Shown: one piece after another, positions 26,769 through 36,326 of the stretch
How the letters are laid out: every line of letters begins with the position of its first letter
Position numbering within the stretch: position 1 is the first letter of the stretch
Virus record (IMG/VR): IMGVR_UViG_3300042892_003674
From: a virus
Taxonomy: Duplodnaviria > Heunggongvirae > Uroviricota > Caudoviricetes
Direction: 5' to 3' (one strand)
Length of the DNA stretch: 64,000 nt
Position numbers and translations under genes: made by a program
The notes under the pieces: generated by a model
Told to the model about the DNA's origin: nothing
The model's database searches: none
The model's input: the letters and a program-made list of their open reading frames with translations, nothing else

Positions 26769-27154
26769 GATATATAAAGTTATTTGAGGGTTTTAAAGAT
26801 GATTTACTTGGATTTACTCAGGACCGCTTAGCTTATCTTATGGATGATGGATTTGATCTTACAACAAATGACACACAGAATGGTTACTGGCGTGAATATA
26901 ATGTTGATTGTGGAAAAATTTCAATAGTTAAACGTTCAGGTTTCACTTGGGAGGAAATTACTGATAGATTCTCACCGTATATTTATATGTTGAATAAAGA
27001 ATATAGTATTTTAGAAATAGTATTTCATCAGAGTGGTGGAAGACAACAACAATATGATACTAGAAAAGATATAGAAGAACTTGTAAGTGGTGAATCGGAT
27101 CAGTATCTTACCAATAAGTTGTATTGGATGATAACAATAATAGTAAACAAATGA
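26765..27154 (+). CDS. N-leader array paralog 18
   Basis: MRYIKLFEG; LAYLMDDGF. Confidence 0.9.
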   Translation: MRYIKLFEGFKDDLLGFTQDRLAYLMDDGFDLTTNDTQNGYWREYNVDCGKISIVKRSGFTWEEITDRFSPYIYMLNKEYSILEIVFHQSGGRQQQYDTRKDIEELVSGESDQYLTNKLYWMITIIVNK

Positions 27155-27975
27155 GATATATAAAATTATTTGAAGTATTTGATAGATGGTCAAGAGATCA
27201 GAAATCTGAACTACAAGATTATTGTGAGACTAATCTAGCTTATCTTATGGATGATGGTTTTAAAATAAGAGTTGGTCAAAACATTGATAAAACAGTTCGT
27301 AATGTTACAATTCAAATAACTAAAAAAGATTCCGTGGATACTAGTGATATAGATAGAGAAGATTTCTTTTGGGAAGATGTTAAGGATCAAATTATACCAT
27401 TTGTTTTGAGATTAGAAAATAAGTATGATATTGAAAAGATTAGAATTTTAGGTGAGGATAATTATCGTTATATGAGAGATAATTTTGAATTTGAATTGGA
27501 TACACTACCTATTTACAAAGTATCTTATATAGATATATTTTTATCAGGTGAGAAAGATGTACTTAATGAGAGTATGTCACACAAAGAAGAGATTGAAGAC
27601 TTTTGTGATACATATTTATCTTATCTTACTGATGAAGGATTCTATATTGAGTATGAAGAGCTTTATGGTGGTCATTGCACCAATGTAACAATTAGACATT
27701 CAAAGAGAGAGGATAGTAGGTACTCTCATGATTTTAGTTGGGATGAGGTTAAAGATCGTTTCATACCATTCTTACAAATGTTATCAAAGGAATATAAACT
27801 ATTTAACTTCCATCATGAAGATTTTAATTGTAAAAGAAATCAAGTGGTTTGTATGAGAAGGTTAGATGATCTTTTATCTAGTGATTATTATAGTTATGAT
27901 GATGTTATTAAAGATACTATAAATGCAGATTTTCTCTTCTACATAAAGTTAAAGGTTGGTGGTAAACTTACCTAA
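27151..27975 (+). CDS. N-leader array paralog 19, two domains joined at LNE-S
   Basis: Start moved to MRYIKLFE; second DFCDTYLSYLTDEGF. Confidence 0.9.
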   Translation: MRYIKLFEVFDRWSRDQKSELQDYCETNLAYLMDDGFKIRVGQNIDKTVRNVTIQITKKDSVDTSDIDREDFFWEDVKDQIIPFVLRLENKYDIEKIRILGEDNYRYMRDNFEFELDTLPIYKVSYIDIFLSGEKDVLNESMSHKEEIEDFCDTYLSYLTDEGFYIEYEELYGGHCTNVTIRHSKREDSRYSHDFSWDEVKDRFIPFLQMLSKEYKLFNFHHEDFNCKRNQVVCMRRLDDLLSSDYYSYDDVIKDTINADFLFYIKLKVGGKLT

Positions 27976-28196
27976 GCTTGTTTGTTAAACGAAAATAGTT
28001 TTCTCTTAGCCACTTGTTCTAACGTTAAAAAGTATAATTTCTTTATAATATAAATATCGTGGTCAAATAAGAACATATAGCAATTATCATATTCAGATAA
28101 GGTATCATAGACTTGACCTCTCTTAAATACAATTCTTACATTACCAGTCTCACATTTGTGAGTGGCTTCATATCCTATGTTACAGATTACTTTCAT
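27972..28196 (-). CDS. MKVxC family protein
   Basis: MKVICN..RGQVYD..FLTLEQ. Confidence 0.7.
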   Translation of the reverse strand: MKVICNIGYEATHKCETGNVRIVFKRGQVYDTLSEYDNCYMFLFDHDIYIIKKLYFLTLEQVAKRKLFSFNKQA

Positions 28197-28596
28197 TTAA
28201 TATTTTTTCAATTTCTTTATATTCGTCTTTAGATAAACCAATCCAACTACGACATTTTACCACATTATTTATATGTCTTTCTATATCAGAAGTTTTATCA
28301 TCTATGATAACAAAGTTATCAACAGAGTTATTTTTTAACCATTCTTTTATTTCTATTCCTCTGTCTGCCTGATCTATATGAGGTGTAAAATCATAAATTT
28401 CAAAGTTTATTCCTTGTTCTTTGAAGATGGTATTTAACTGCTCTTTGGTGTGATTTAATCTCCACGTTGAGGTAATCACTATCTTTAGATCAAACTGCTC
28501 ACATAGTTGATTATATATGCATATAGCGGGTTTACTCCACTTGGTTCGCCAGTGTGGGTTTAGAACTCCGTCAATATCGGTAAATAGTACTCTCAT
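28180..28596 (-). CDS. HAD-superfamily protein (Swiss Army Knife RNA-repair-like HAD)
   Basis: FTDIDGVLN, IVITSTWR, RGIEI..WL, VIIDD; TAnnTTTG at 28605-28612. Confidence 0.85.
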   Translation of the reverse strand: MRVLFTDIDGVLNPHWRTKWSKPAICIYNQLCEQFDLKIVITSTWRLNHTKEQLNTIFKEQGINFEIYDFTPHIDQADRGIEIKEWLKNNSVDNFVIIDDKTSDIERHINNVVKCRSWIGLSKDEYKEIEKILNESNL

Positions 28597-28653
28597 ATTA
28601 GATACAAATATAGTGATAAAATTATAATATATATAATAAAAAATTATATTATT

Positions 28654-29337
28654 ATGGCAACCGCGTCATTAACTGCTACATCTTTTAGTGGTTACTTGTT
28701 GAGAGATGATGTATTAGTATTTGATCCTTCAACAGAGTGGTCGAATACCGTAAATGCTACTACTGCAACAACAGTTTATACATGGCAATCTAATGCTCAG
28801 GTAATGGCTGATACAAGTTTTAATTTACGTATAAATAGATTATATTTAGTTTTTGATACATCATCAATACCACCAAGTGCTGTAATAACATCAATCTCAT
28901 TAAAACTATATGTTGCAACTAAGTTAGGTGATACAGATTTTAAAATATACAAAACTTCTTCGCCAACCTTATCAACAACTTTACAAGTATCTGATTATAA
29001 TTTAACTAACTTTTCAACTGATTATGGTGATGGTAATGCATTTACTGTAACTTCTACAGGTGCTTATGATATTATACTGAGTCCAACCGGAAGTTTAGCA
29101 AGTGATGTGAAAAGTTTAAATGAACTTTCAATAGTTTTTAGAAATATATATGATTATGATAATACTGTACCACCAGGAACCTATAATGCAGTAAGTTTTA
29201 GATTGTCACAATCACCATCACCTTACATATCAGTTACATATACTACCGGATATGGAAATAAAGTAGATTCCATTTTAAATATGGCAAGTGTTAATGGTGT
29301 TAGTAAATCTAATATTAGTAAGATAGACGGAATATAA
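28654..29337 (+). CDS. Putative virion-surface beta-sandwich protein
   Basis: YLVFDTSSIP..A.ITS.SLKLY pattern; Ser/Thr-rich; TAATATATA at 28625. Confidence 0.6.
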   Translation: MATASLTATSFSGYLLRDDVLVFDPSTEWSNTVNATTATTVYTWQSNAQVMADTSFNLRINRLYLVFDTSSIPPSAVITSISLKLYVATKLGDTDFKIYKTSSPTLSTTLQVSDYNLTNFSTDYGDGNAFTVTSTGAYDIILSPTGSLASDVKSLNELSIVFRNIYDYDNTVPPGTYNAVSFRLSQSPSPYISVTYTTGYGNKVDSILNMASVNGVSKSNISKIDGI

Positions 29338-29348
29338 ATATCATTTTT

Positions 29349-29380
29349 TTTGTGAGTATGTATATTTTTTCTTATATTTG
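29349..29380 (+). promoter_or_regulatory. Complete Bacteroidota promoter
   Basis: TTTG-N20-TATATTTG. Confidence 0.75.
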
Positions 29381-29400
29381 TAAAACAAAACAAAAACATT

Positions 29401-29595
29401 ATGGACTTATCTTTCTTCTTTTTATGTGCTGCTGCGGTAGCTATTGTTTATCTTAGACGTGACAAGTGTCTTCACAATTGGGAAGACAAGAGCGTGGAGA
29501 ATACGGTTGGTTTAGGTGAATCAAAATATAAAGTCATTCGTCAGAAGTGTACTAAGTGTGGAAAAAATAACATTGAAAAATTCCATATAAACTAA
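29401..29595 (+). CDS. Membrane-anchored C-x-H-x-W / CxxC putative Zn-finger protein
   Basis: CLHNW...CTKCGK. Confidence 0.7.
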   Translation: MDLSFFFLCAAAVAIVYLRRDKCLHNWEDKSVENTVGLGESKYKVIRQKCTKCGKNNIEKFHIN

Positions 29596-29656
29596 AAACA
29601 TGTAACATCATGATATATAACTAATAATAAATAAATGTCGGGTTTTTTCTCGACAT

Positions 29657-29941
29657 TTATTGTTTAATTAGTTGACTGATTTTTTTATCTCGTTGTTTAA
29701 TAGTTTGTATCATTTCATGAATTTTCTCAAAATTATATTCGTAATGGTTATCAAACTTTAAATCTTTGCCATAATAAACTCTTATTGCCCAGTCGTAATC
29801 TTCATCATAAACTCTTATTAGAAGAACAAGTGGTTTACCGTATTGGTCTTTATAGATTTCACAATCTCTTGTTTCTTTACAATAAGAAACAATTGTTGCT
29901 TTATTATCATTTACCCAATTATCTTTTTCAAGTTTTGTCAT
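29657..29941 (-). CDS. Hypothetical protein with C-terminal tag (QRDKKISQLI)
   Basis: ORF, tag. Confidence 0.75.
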   Translation of the reverse strand: MTKLEKDNWVNDNKATIVSYCKETRDCEIYKDQYGKPLVLLIRVYDEDYDWAIRVYYGKDLKFDNHYEYNFEKIHEMIQTIKQRDKKISQLIKQ

Positions 29942-30312
29942 ATTCCTAATTGTTTGAGTTTTCTTTCTCTTTCTAATTCTATGAAGTTTTTTAGTAAAAA
30001 AGGATACTTTTTAATATATTTTGTTTCTAAAATCTCATTCGCTTCTATATCTTTATGAAGAAGTAAATTTAGAGATCTGCATATTTCAGTTTTCCATTTT
30101 GGATCTTGTATGTGACCCCACGGAGTTTCTGCAGTTAGTACTCTTCTTAAATATGTAAATCTTTTATTAGTACAACCAGGATAAGTAACTACACGAATAT
30201 ATTCAGCGATTTGAATACCGAATAGTAATTTTATATTACGAATGTATATTACATCTAAAGGGAATGTGGCTCTAGAGTCTGACTTTTTAGTTTTCCATTT
30301 AGAATTTATCAT
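29938..30312 (-). CDS. Hypothetical protein with C-terminal tag (ERERKLKQLGI)
   Basis: ORF, tag. Confidence 0.75.
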   Translation of the reverse strand: MINSKWKTKKSDSRATFPLDVIYIRNIKLLFGIQIAEYIRVVTYPGCTNKRFTYLRRVLTAETPWGHIQDPKWKTEICRSLNLLLHKDIEANEILETKYIKKYPFLLKNFIELERERKLKQLGI

Positions 30313-30361
30313 AGGTCTTATATTTGATATTTTATATATAGTTTATAAAAATATAACAAAT

Positions 30362-33112
30362 ATGTCAGAACTTCCAAATACAGATCAACAACCATCAATA
30401 GGAAAGATGGGAAGAATTTCCTTAGCATCAATAAATACATTGGCAGGACTATCTATGTTAAGTGTGGCAAAAGTAGATGGACTTGATATTGGTGGTAAAA
30501 CACTTACTGGTAATTTTAAAAGTACTTGGAACACAAATAAAGCTGGTGTCACTAACACCAACTCAATACAATTACCTCTTGTAAATAGTGGTACATATGA
30601 CTTTACCGTTGATTGGGGAGATGGTAATACAGATTATATTACTTCTTATAATCAAGCAGAGACGTTACACGAATATGGTTCAACAGGTACATACTCAATA
30701 GCTATAAGTGGTACGTGTAGTGGTTGGTCATTTGAGCAACAACCAGATACTAGTGAGGAAGGTGGTACTTCACCATCAAATCCTTTAACCGATAGACTTA
30801 AAATTTCTTCAATTGAAGAATGGGGTTGTCTTAGATTAGGTACAGAGAACTGTAATTTTGGAGATTGTAAAAATTTAACATTAAATTCAGTAGTTGATGT
30901 TCTTAATCTATCTGGAACTGTTGACTTATATGGATTATTTCATGGATGTACTTCGTTGACAACTATTAATAAACTTAACCAATGGAATTTATCTAATATT
31001 TCAAAGGCCGATTATATGTTTTTTGGTTCCGAGTTATTTAATCAAAATATTGGTGATTGGGATGTTTCTTCAGTAACTACTATGAAAGCTATGTTTAGTA
31101 CTAGAGGAAAAACTATAATGATTTTTAACAATGGTTCAGACACTTCTATTAATAGCTGGGATACATCATCAGTAACTGATATGTCTTATATGTTTAAACA
31201 ATCTAATTTTAATCAACCAATTGGAAATTGGAACACATCACAGGTTACAAATATGAGAGCTATGTTTCTATCTAATAACTTATTTAATCAACCAATTATT
31301 AGATCAGGTACTAGTTGGAATACTAGTGATGTTACTGATATGAGTGCAATGTTTTATAATGCATATGACTTTAATCAAGATATTAGTAATTGGATAACAA
31401 CAAATGTAACTGATATGAATCTTATGTTTGCCAATGCTTATGATTTTAATTATCCTCTTACATCTTATGATGATGGATTACTTAATATTTGGAAAGTTAG
31501 TAATGTAACCGATATGACTAGTATGTTTGCAGGAACTATTTTATTTAACCAACCCCTTAATAGTTGGGATGTTAAAAACGTACAAAGTATGTCTAATATG
31601 TTTGCATACTCACAAGCATTTGATCAACCGTTATCAAATTGGGATGTTACTAATGTAGTTAATATGAATTCTATGTTTGCTGGAACTATATTCAATCAGG
31701 ATATTAGTAATTGGCAACCATATAATGTATATTATATGTCCTTTATGTTTGGTCAATCAACATTTAATAATGGTGGATCGAGTTTAATCAGCAATTGGTT
31801 TCCAGTAGGTCCCCCTTATGCACCTCAACAATGGGTTATACAAGATATGTCTTTTATGTTTTATAATTGTTTATTTAATCAACCAATTCCAGATTGGAAT
31901 ACATCAAATGTAACTACTATGGAGGGAATGTTTGGTGGATCTGCATCAGTATTCGATCAAGATATTTCTAGTTGGGATGTTGGTAATGTTACTAACTTTT
32001 CACAATTTATGTCGGATGGTGTTCTTGGAAATACTAGAACAACACCATTTACACATTTAGATGCTATATATGGAACTGTAAGTGGATGGGCTAGTCGTAG
32101 TATGCAATCCGTAGTTGGTAAATATATTGACTTTGGTGGTGCTTATTATAATTCAACTGTCCAAGCAGGTAGAGATGAAATTACTGGTTATGGTTGGATT
32201 CCTCGAGATAATTTAGTATCAGTTGGTTATTCAATTGGTGGCCCAACTGGTTCATCAGTTACTTTCGCGAGTCTTGGTGTAGGTAAATTTCCTCAAGGTA
32301 TTATTACAGACAGTTTAGATAATGTTTATGTATATAATTCAGGTGGTTCTCCTAATACTATTATTAAGATAACACCGTTAGGAGCGACTAGTAATTTTAC
32401 GAATATAACAGTTGGATCAACCGGTAGAATGACCATAGATAGTTCGGATAATATTTATATACCATTAACTAATAATGATACAGTTGGTAAAATAAACCCT
32501 GCTGGTGTTTTAATAGCAACATATTCAACAGGAGACCAACCATATTCTTGTGCACTTGATAGTAATGGTAATCTATTTGTTGTAAATTCACAATCAAATA
32601 ATGTTACTAAAATAACACCAGGTGGTACATCGAGTGTATTTGCCAATGTTGGGACAAGTCCAACTGATGTTGTAATTGACGAATTAAATAATTTATATGT
32701 TATGAATAACATGAGTAGTAATATATCTAAAATCACACCAGGTGGTACATCAAGTATATTTGCCAATGTTGGTTCGGGTATATTTTCTTATAGTATTAAG
32801 AGGGATAGTATCGGTAATTTTTATGTTGTTGATTTCGATAATACGGCAAGTGTTGTCAAAAAAATCACACCAGGTGGTACAGTAAGTACCTTTGCAACCT
32901 TAGGTGCTTGGTGTCAATATATAGAGATAGATGTAAATGATAATTTATTCGTCAATGCAAGAAATAATAATTATATTTATAAAATAACACCAGGTGGTAC
33001 ATCGAGTGTTTATGCTACAACTGGAATGGGCCCTTATGCAATTGCAATTGATAGTTTGGGTAATAAATATACCGCAAACTATAATGATAATAATGTTACT
33101 AAAATATCATAG
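30362..33112 (+). CDS. PKD-like + DUF285/BspA-type repeats + NHL-like beta-propeller protein
   Basis: VDWGDG; many W-x-T/V-S-x-VT-x-M-x-x-MF and FNQ-x-I-x-x-W repeats; KITPGG repeats; start moved to 30362. Confidence 0.85.
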   Translation: MSELPNTDQQPSIGKMGRISLASINTLAGLSMLSVAKVDGLDIGGKTLTGNFKSTWNTNKAGVTNTNSIQLPLVNSGTYDFTVDWGDGNTDYITSYNQAETLHEYGSTGTYSIAISGTCSGWSFEQQPDTSEEGGTSPSNPLTDRLKISSIEEWGCLRLGTENCNFGDCKNLTLNSVVDVLNLSGTVDLYGLFHGCTSLTTINKLNQWNLSNISKADYMFFGSELFNQNIGDWDVSSVTTMKAMFSTRGKTIMIFNNGSDTSINSWDTSSVTDMSYMFKQSNFNQPIGNWNTSQVTNMRAMFLSNNLFNQPIIRSGTSWNTSDVTDMSAMFYNAYDFNQDISNWITTNVTDMNLMFANAYDFNYPLTSYDDGLLNIWKVSNVTDMTSMFAGTILFNQPLNSWDVKNVQSMSNMFAYSQAFDQPLSNWDVTNVVNMNSMFAGTIFNQDISNWQPYNVYYMSFMFGQSTFNNGGSSLISNWFPVGPPYAPQQWVIQDMSFMFYNCLFNQPIPDWNTSNVTTMEGMFGGSASVFDQDISSWDVGNVTNFSQFMSDGVLGNTRTTPFTHLDAIYGTVSGWASRSMQSVVGKYIDFGGAYYNSTVQAGRDEITGYGWIPRDNLVSVGYSIGGPTGSSVTFASLGVGKFPQGIITDSLDNVYVYNSGGSPNTIIKITPLGATSNFTNITVGSTGRMTIDSSDNIYIPLTNNDTVGKINPAGVLIATYSTGDQPYSCALDSNGNLFVVNSQSNNVTKITPGGTSSVFANVGTSPTDVVIDELNNLYVMNNMSSNISKITPGGTSSIFANVGSGIFSYSIKRDSIGNFYVVDFDNTASVVKKITPGGTVSTFATLGAWCQYIEIDVNDNLFVNARNNNYIYKITPGGTSSVYATTGMGPYAIAIDSLGNKYTANYNDNNVTKIS

Positions 33113-33352
33113 TATACCTAAGTATTTTAACTTTTTATTACGTTCTTCTGCTTTGTTTACTCGTTTGAAACTATCACTATAGAAACATTCAGTGTAACCT
33201 AAATCATTTTCAATAAGATAACTTTCTTCGGAAGAACCTTGTTCTATTATATTATAAATACCGACTTGATACTCTTTACCAGTAGTAAGAGTATCATAGT
33301 AGTCGTCGATATAAACAACGGTAAATGTTCCGTATGCTGATCTATTAGTCAT
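33107..33352 (-). CDS. MKVxC-like barrel protein with C-terminal tag (ERNKKLKYLGI)
   Basis: LTTGKEYQV..YLIENDLG. Confidence 0.75.
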   Translation of the reverse strand: MTNRSAYGTFTVVYIDDYYDTLTTGKEYQVGIYNIIEQGSSEESYLIENDLGYTECFYSDSFKRVNKAEERNKKLKYLGIL

Positions 33353-34047
33353 TATGAATTTATCATATAGTTTGATAAGTCTTGCCAAGTATTCTTGTAA
33401 GAATGTCTAATTTTAGACACCATTATCAATGTTCTAAGGTTTAAGTTATCACTTTCTTTATTCTCTGATAAGAATTTTAAAGCATCTTTCTTAACAGCTA
33501 ACTCATAGTCTGGTAAGATATTAGGTAAGATGTATTCCATTCTTTCAATTTTTTCATCTGGTGTCATACTCAAATCAACAGTTAAACTTCTTGATAAAAT
33601 AGCACCATCGATTTTAGATTTGTCTTTATTAGAGATAAAGATAATTCTTCCAGTGAAGTCAAATGATTGTGGATAAACATCTGCCTTATTCATACGAGCA
33701 GACCAAGTGATTGTTCTTTTTTCGTAAGAGTCAAGTGCTGATTTTAAGATGTTTAAAGCCACTTTATCTTCTAAAACAGAGTCACAGTCGTCAAAAACGA
33801 TTAGCTTTCCGTTATTATCATATAAAGTATTGTAAAGACCTCTTGCAGTTGAGTAACCTTTGATGAATAAGAAGTTATTTTCATCAACATCATTACCTTT
33901 AATAGTTGCTGTTACAGAGTGAGTTTTACCCAAACCTCCTTCACCGGTCACGATCAATGATGGTGTGATGTTGGTAACTACCATAGTAGTTAAGTCACTT
34001 AAAAAGTCGAATTTTTGATTTATTGTAAAGTCTGTAGTTTTTGTCAT
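33352..34047 (-). CDS. P-loop (AAA+) ATPase
   Basis: GEGGLGKT, IVFDDCD, IFISN, AILSR; TAnnTTTG at 34066-34073. Confidence 0.85.
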   Translation of the reverse strand: MTKTTDFTINQKFDFLSDLTTMVVTNITPSLIVTGEGGLGKTHSVTATIKGNDVDENNFLFIKGYSTARGLYNTLYDNNGKLIVFDDCDSVLEDKVALNILKSALDSYEKRTITWSARMNKADVYPQSFDFTGRIIFISNKDKSKIDGAILSRSLTVDLSMTPDEKIERMEYILPNILPDYELAVKKDALKFLSENKESDNLNLRTLIMVSKIRHSYKNTWQDLSNYMINS

Positions 34048-34133
34048 ATCTCTTATTTTGTTTTACAAAGATAGTAAAAAAATACTAATAATTAAATTTA
34101 ATATATATAAATAAACAATTAAAACTATAAATT

Positions 34134-34316
34134 ATGGTTAAACTAATCTTATTGTCATTATTAGAAATGACTAGTAAAAAAATTGTAATGACTACAGGGA
34201 AAAAAGCACCTGTTAGTGGAATCTATAGAAGTGGAAAAGAATACATTCCTCTATCAAAAGGAGAAAGATTTCCTCCTTCTATTGATTTAAAATGGATATT
34301 GGTAGTAAGTATTTAA
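34134..34316 (+). CDS. YjzC-like small protein
   Basis: TG-x-KAPVSGIY..LSKGERFPP..W; true start may be downstream. Confidence 0.65.
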   Translation: MVKLILLSLLEMTSKKIVMTTGKKAPVSGIYRSGKEYIPLSKGERFPPSIDLKWILVVSI

Positions 34317-34329
34317 TTAGGTTTAGTAC

Positions 34330-34788
34330 CTATAAGTATTTCGTAAATATTTCAATAGGAATTCTATGTCCTATATCTTCTTTATTATACTTAAACTCAC
34401 CTACACCATTTTTCATAAAATAAGCCGTAGATTTAATCGGATCAATCACATCATCATTTATACCTAATACAACAGAATGTAATGATGGTTTATCCCCTAA
34501 TTCTACAACTGGATCAAAAGATCTACCAATCACAGCAGGATTGAATAATAAAGTAGGTATACCAGTCATTGTAGATAAACAATAAGCAAAGTATCCACCC
34601 ATCGATGAACCAATAAGTAATTGTATATCTCTCTCTTTTATTTCTTTTAAAACAGTATCAAATAAATTTGGGTCTCGATAGTCCATAGCGGGAGCATAAA
34701 CATTAGATTCACCAAAATGTTTTACTAATTCTATGTTCTTTTCACTATGTGGTTTTGACTCTAGGCCGTGGAAAAATGCTACTCTCAT
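34330..34788 (-). CDS. YqiA-like alpha/beta-hydrolase (esterase)
   Basis: FFHGLES, GSSMGG, LFNPA, D and H triad candidates. Confidence 0.85.
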   Translation of the reverse strand: MRVAFFHGLESKPHSEKNIELVKHFGESNVYAPAMDYRDPNLFDTVLKEIKERDIQLLIGSSMGGYFAYCLSTMTGIPTLLFNPAVIGRSFDPVVELGDKPSLHSVVLGINDDVIDPIKSTAYFMKNGVGEFKYNKEDIGHRIPIEIFTKYL

Positions 34789-34855
34789 ATTGTATTTTAT
34801 GCAAATATAGATAAAAGTTTTGTAAAACAAAAATTATATTTTAAGTATAATTACT

Positions 34856-35788
34856 ATGAATAAAATTGCATTGATAAGTACTTTCTGTGACACACAAGAA
34901 AAATTAGATATTTTAGAAAAGAATATAAAAACTATAAAGTCATATGATATAGATGTTATGGTTATAAGTCCTTTCTATCTTGAAAAAAATATAGTTGATT
35001 TATGTGATTATTTCTTCTTAACAAAAGATAATCCTATATTAGATTGGCCACAAAAGTCAATGTTACAATGGACAATTAGATCTTTTAATGATAAAGAATA
35101 TAAATTTTCTAGAACTTATCCAGATTATGGATTCTCTGGTTTATCACAAGTTAAACAATTAAGTGATATTGCACTCAATCTAAATTATGACCAGTATCAT
35201 CATATGATTTATGATTTAATTATTGATCAAAATGTTATTGATGGACTTCTATCTGATAAAAATTGTAGTGTTTATCCATCAAAAAGAGAAGATACAATTT
35301 GGGCAGTTGGATTACATTATATGATTTATAATAAACAGAAATTGATAGAGTTTGTTTCTCATATAACATTAGAGAACTATCTATCTTGTAATGATGGTGA
35401 TGCGTTTGTTTGGTTACATAATTTACAACCTATTATTGGATATCAAATCGAGGAAACGCCAGTAGAAGACGCGATCTATTTTTATCAGAATTTTGACTTT
35501 TTTAATTATTTAACAATACCTGATATTAAAATGTTTGTACATAAAAATGACTGGATGTTTAATCCTGATGTAGATACTATAAAACTAGTATTCTATGACA
35601 CATTTAAAGATATAAAGATATTTGTTGATGGTGTTGAATCACAATATAATGTAAATGAGTTTCTAATTGTTGATTTACAATTTAATAAGACAAACTACAA
35701 GAATGTTGTAATTGAATTTGATTCAATTCAATATGATATTACTAAAATAATTGTAGATATAAAACATAACGCAATAGAATATGATTGA
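34856..35788 (+). CDS. Hypothetical protein, possibly glycosyltransferase-like
   Basis: Rossmann-like start, first gene of acetyl/methyltransferase operon. Confidence 0.5.
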   Translation: MNKIALISTFCDTQEKLDILEKNIKTIKSYDIDVMVISPFYLEKNIVDLCDYFFLTKDNPILDWPQKSMLQWTIRSFNDKEYKFSRTYPDYGFSGLSQVKQLSDIALNLNYDQYHHMIYDLIIDQNVIDGLLSDKNCSVYPSKREDTIWAVGLHYMIYNKQKLIEFVSHITLENYLSCNDGDAFVWLHNLQPIIGYQIEETPVEDAIYFYQNFDFFNYLTIPDIKMFVHKNDWMFNPDVDTIKLVFYDTFKDIKIFVDGVESQYNVNEFLIVDLQFNKTNYKNVVIEFDSIQYDITKIIVDIKHNAIEYD

Positions 35789-36326
35789 GAATATACACTT
35801 ATGGCACTCTGATCGAGGAACATACTTTGATCGTAATGTAAATATAATTAGTTGGAGTGATGATTACCATATTAAAGTTGGTAAGTATTGTTCTATAGGG
35901 AGAGACTGTACATTCTTCTTACACGCAAATCATCGACCAGACTGGATCACAACAAGTTCTCAATTATGGGGACCTGTTACACCAGAGATTGCGGATATGC
36001 ACATGAGAATGGGTCATCCTTCTTGTAAAGGCGATATAATTATTGGTAATGATGTTTGGATTGGTGCAAAAGCTACCATAATGTCCGGTATTACAATAGG
36101 TGATGGTGCTATTATTGCAGCTGGTTCTGTTGTAGTTAAAGATGTTGAGCCTTACTCAATGGTTGGTGGTAACCCGGCTAAACATTTAAAGTTTAGATTT
36201 ACAGAGAAACAAATCGATTCATTGTTAAAAATTTCTTGGTGGAATTGGACAGAAGATAGAATAAAATCAGATGCAATGATGATGTGGTCTGATAGTATAG
36301 ATGAATTTATAGATAAAAACTTATGA
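35781..36326 (+). CDS. CatB/Vat-related hexapeptide O-acetyltransferase
   Basis: VGKYCSIG, IGNDVWIG, VGGNPAK, WWNW. Confidence 0.9.
   Translation: MIENIHLWHSDRGTYFDRNVNIISWSDDYHIKVGKYCSIGRDCTFFLHANHRPDWITTSSQLWGPVTPEIADMHMRMGHPSCKGDIIIGNDVWIGAKATIMSGITIGDGAIIAAGSVVVKDVEPYSMVGGNPAKHLKFRFTEKQIDSLLKISWWNWTEDRIKSDAMMMWSDSIDEFIDKNL

Noticed and set aside
16025-27975. Diversity-generating retroelement as the source of array variation
   Set aside because: No reverse transcriptase here and no near-identical TR/VR pair differing only at adenines; paralogs differ by indels throughout
35781-36326. Antibiotic resistance gene (catB/vat)
   Set aside because: Fold is shared with sugar O-acetyltransferases and the operon context favours glycan modification
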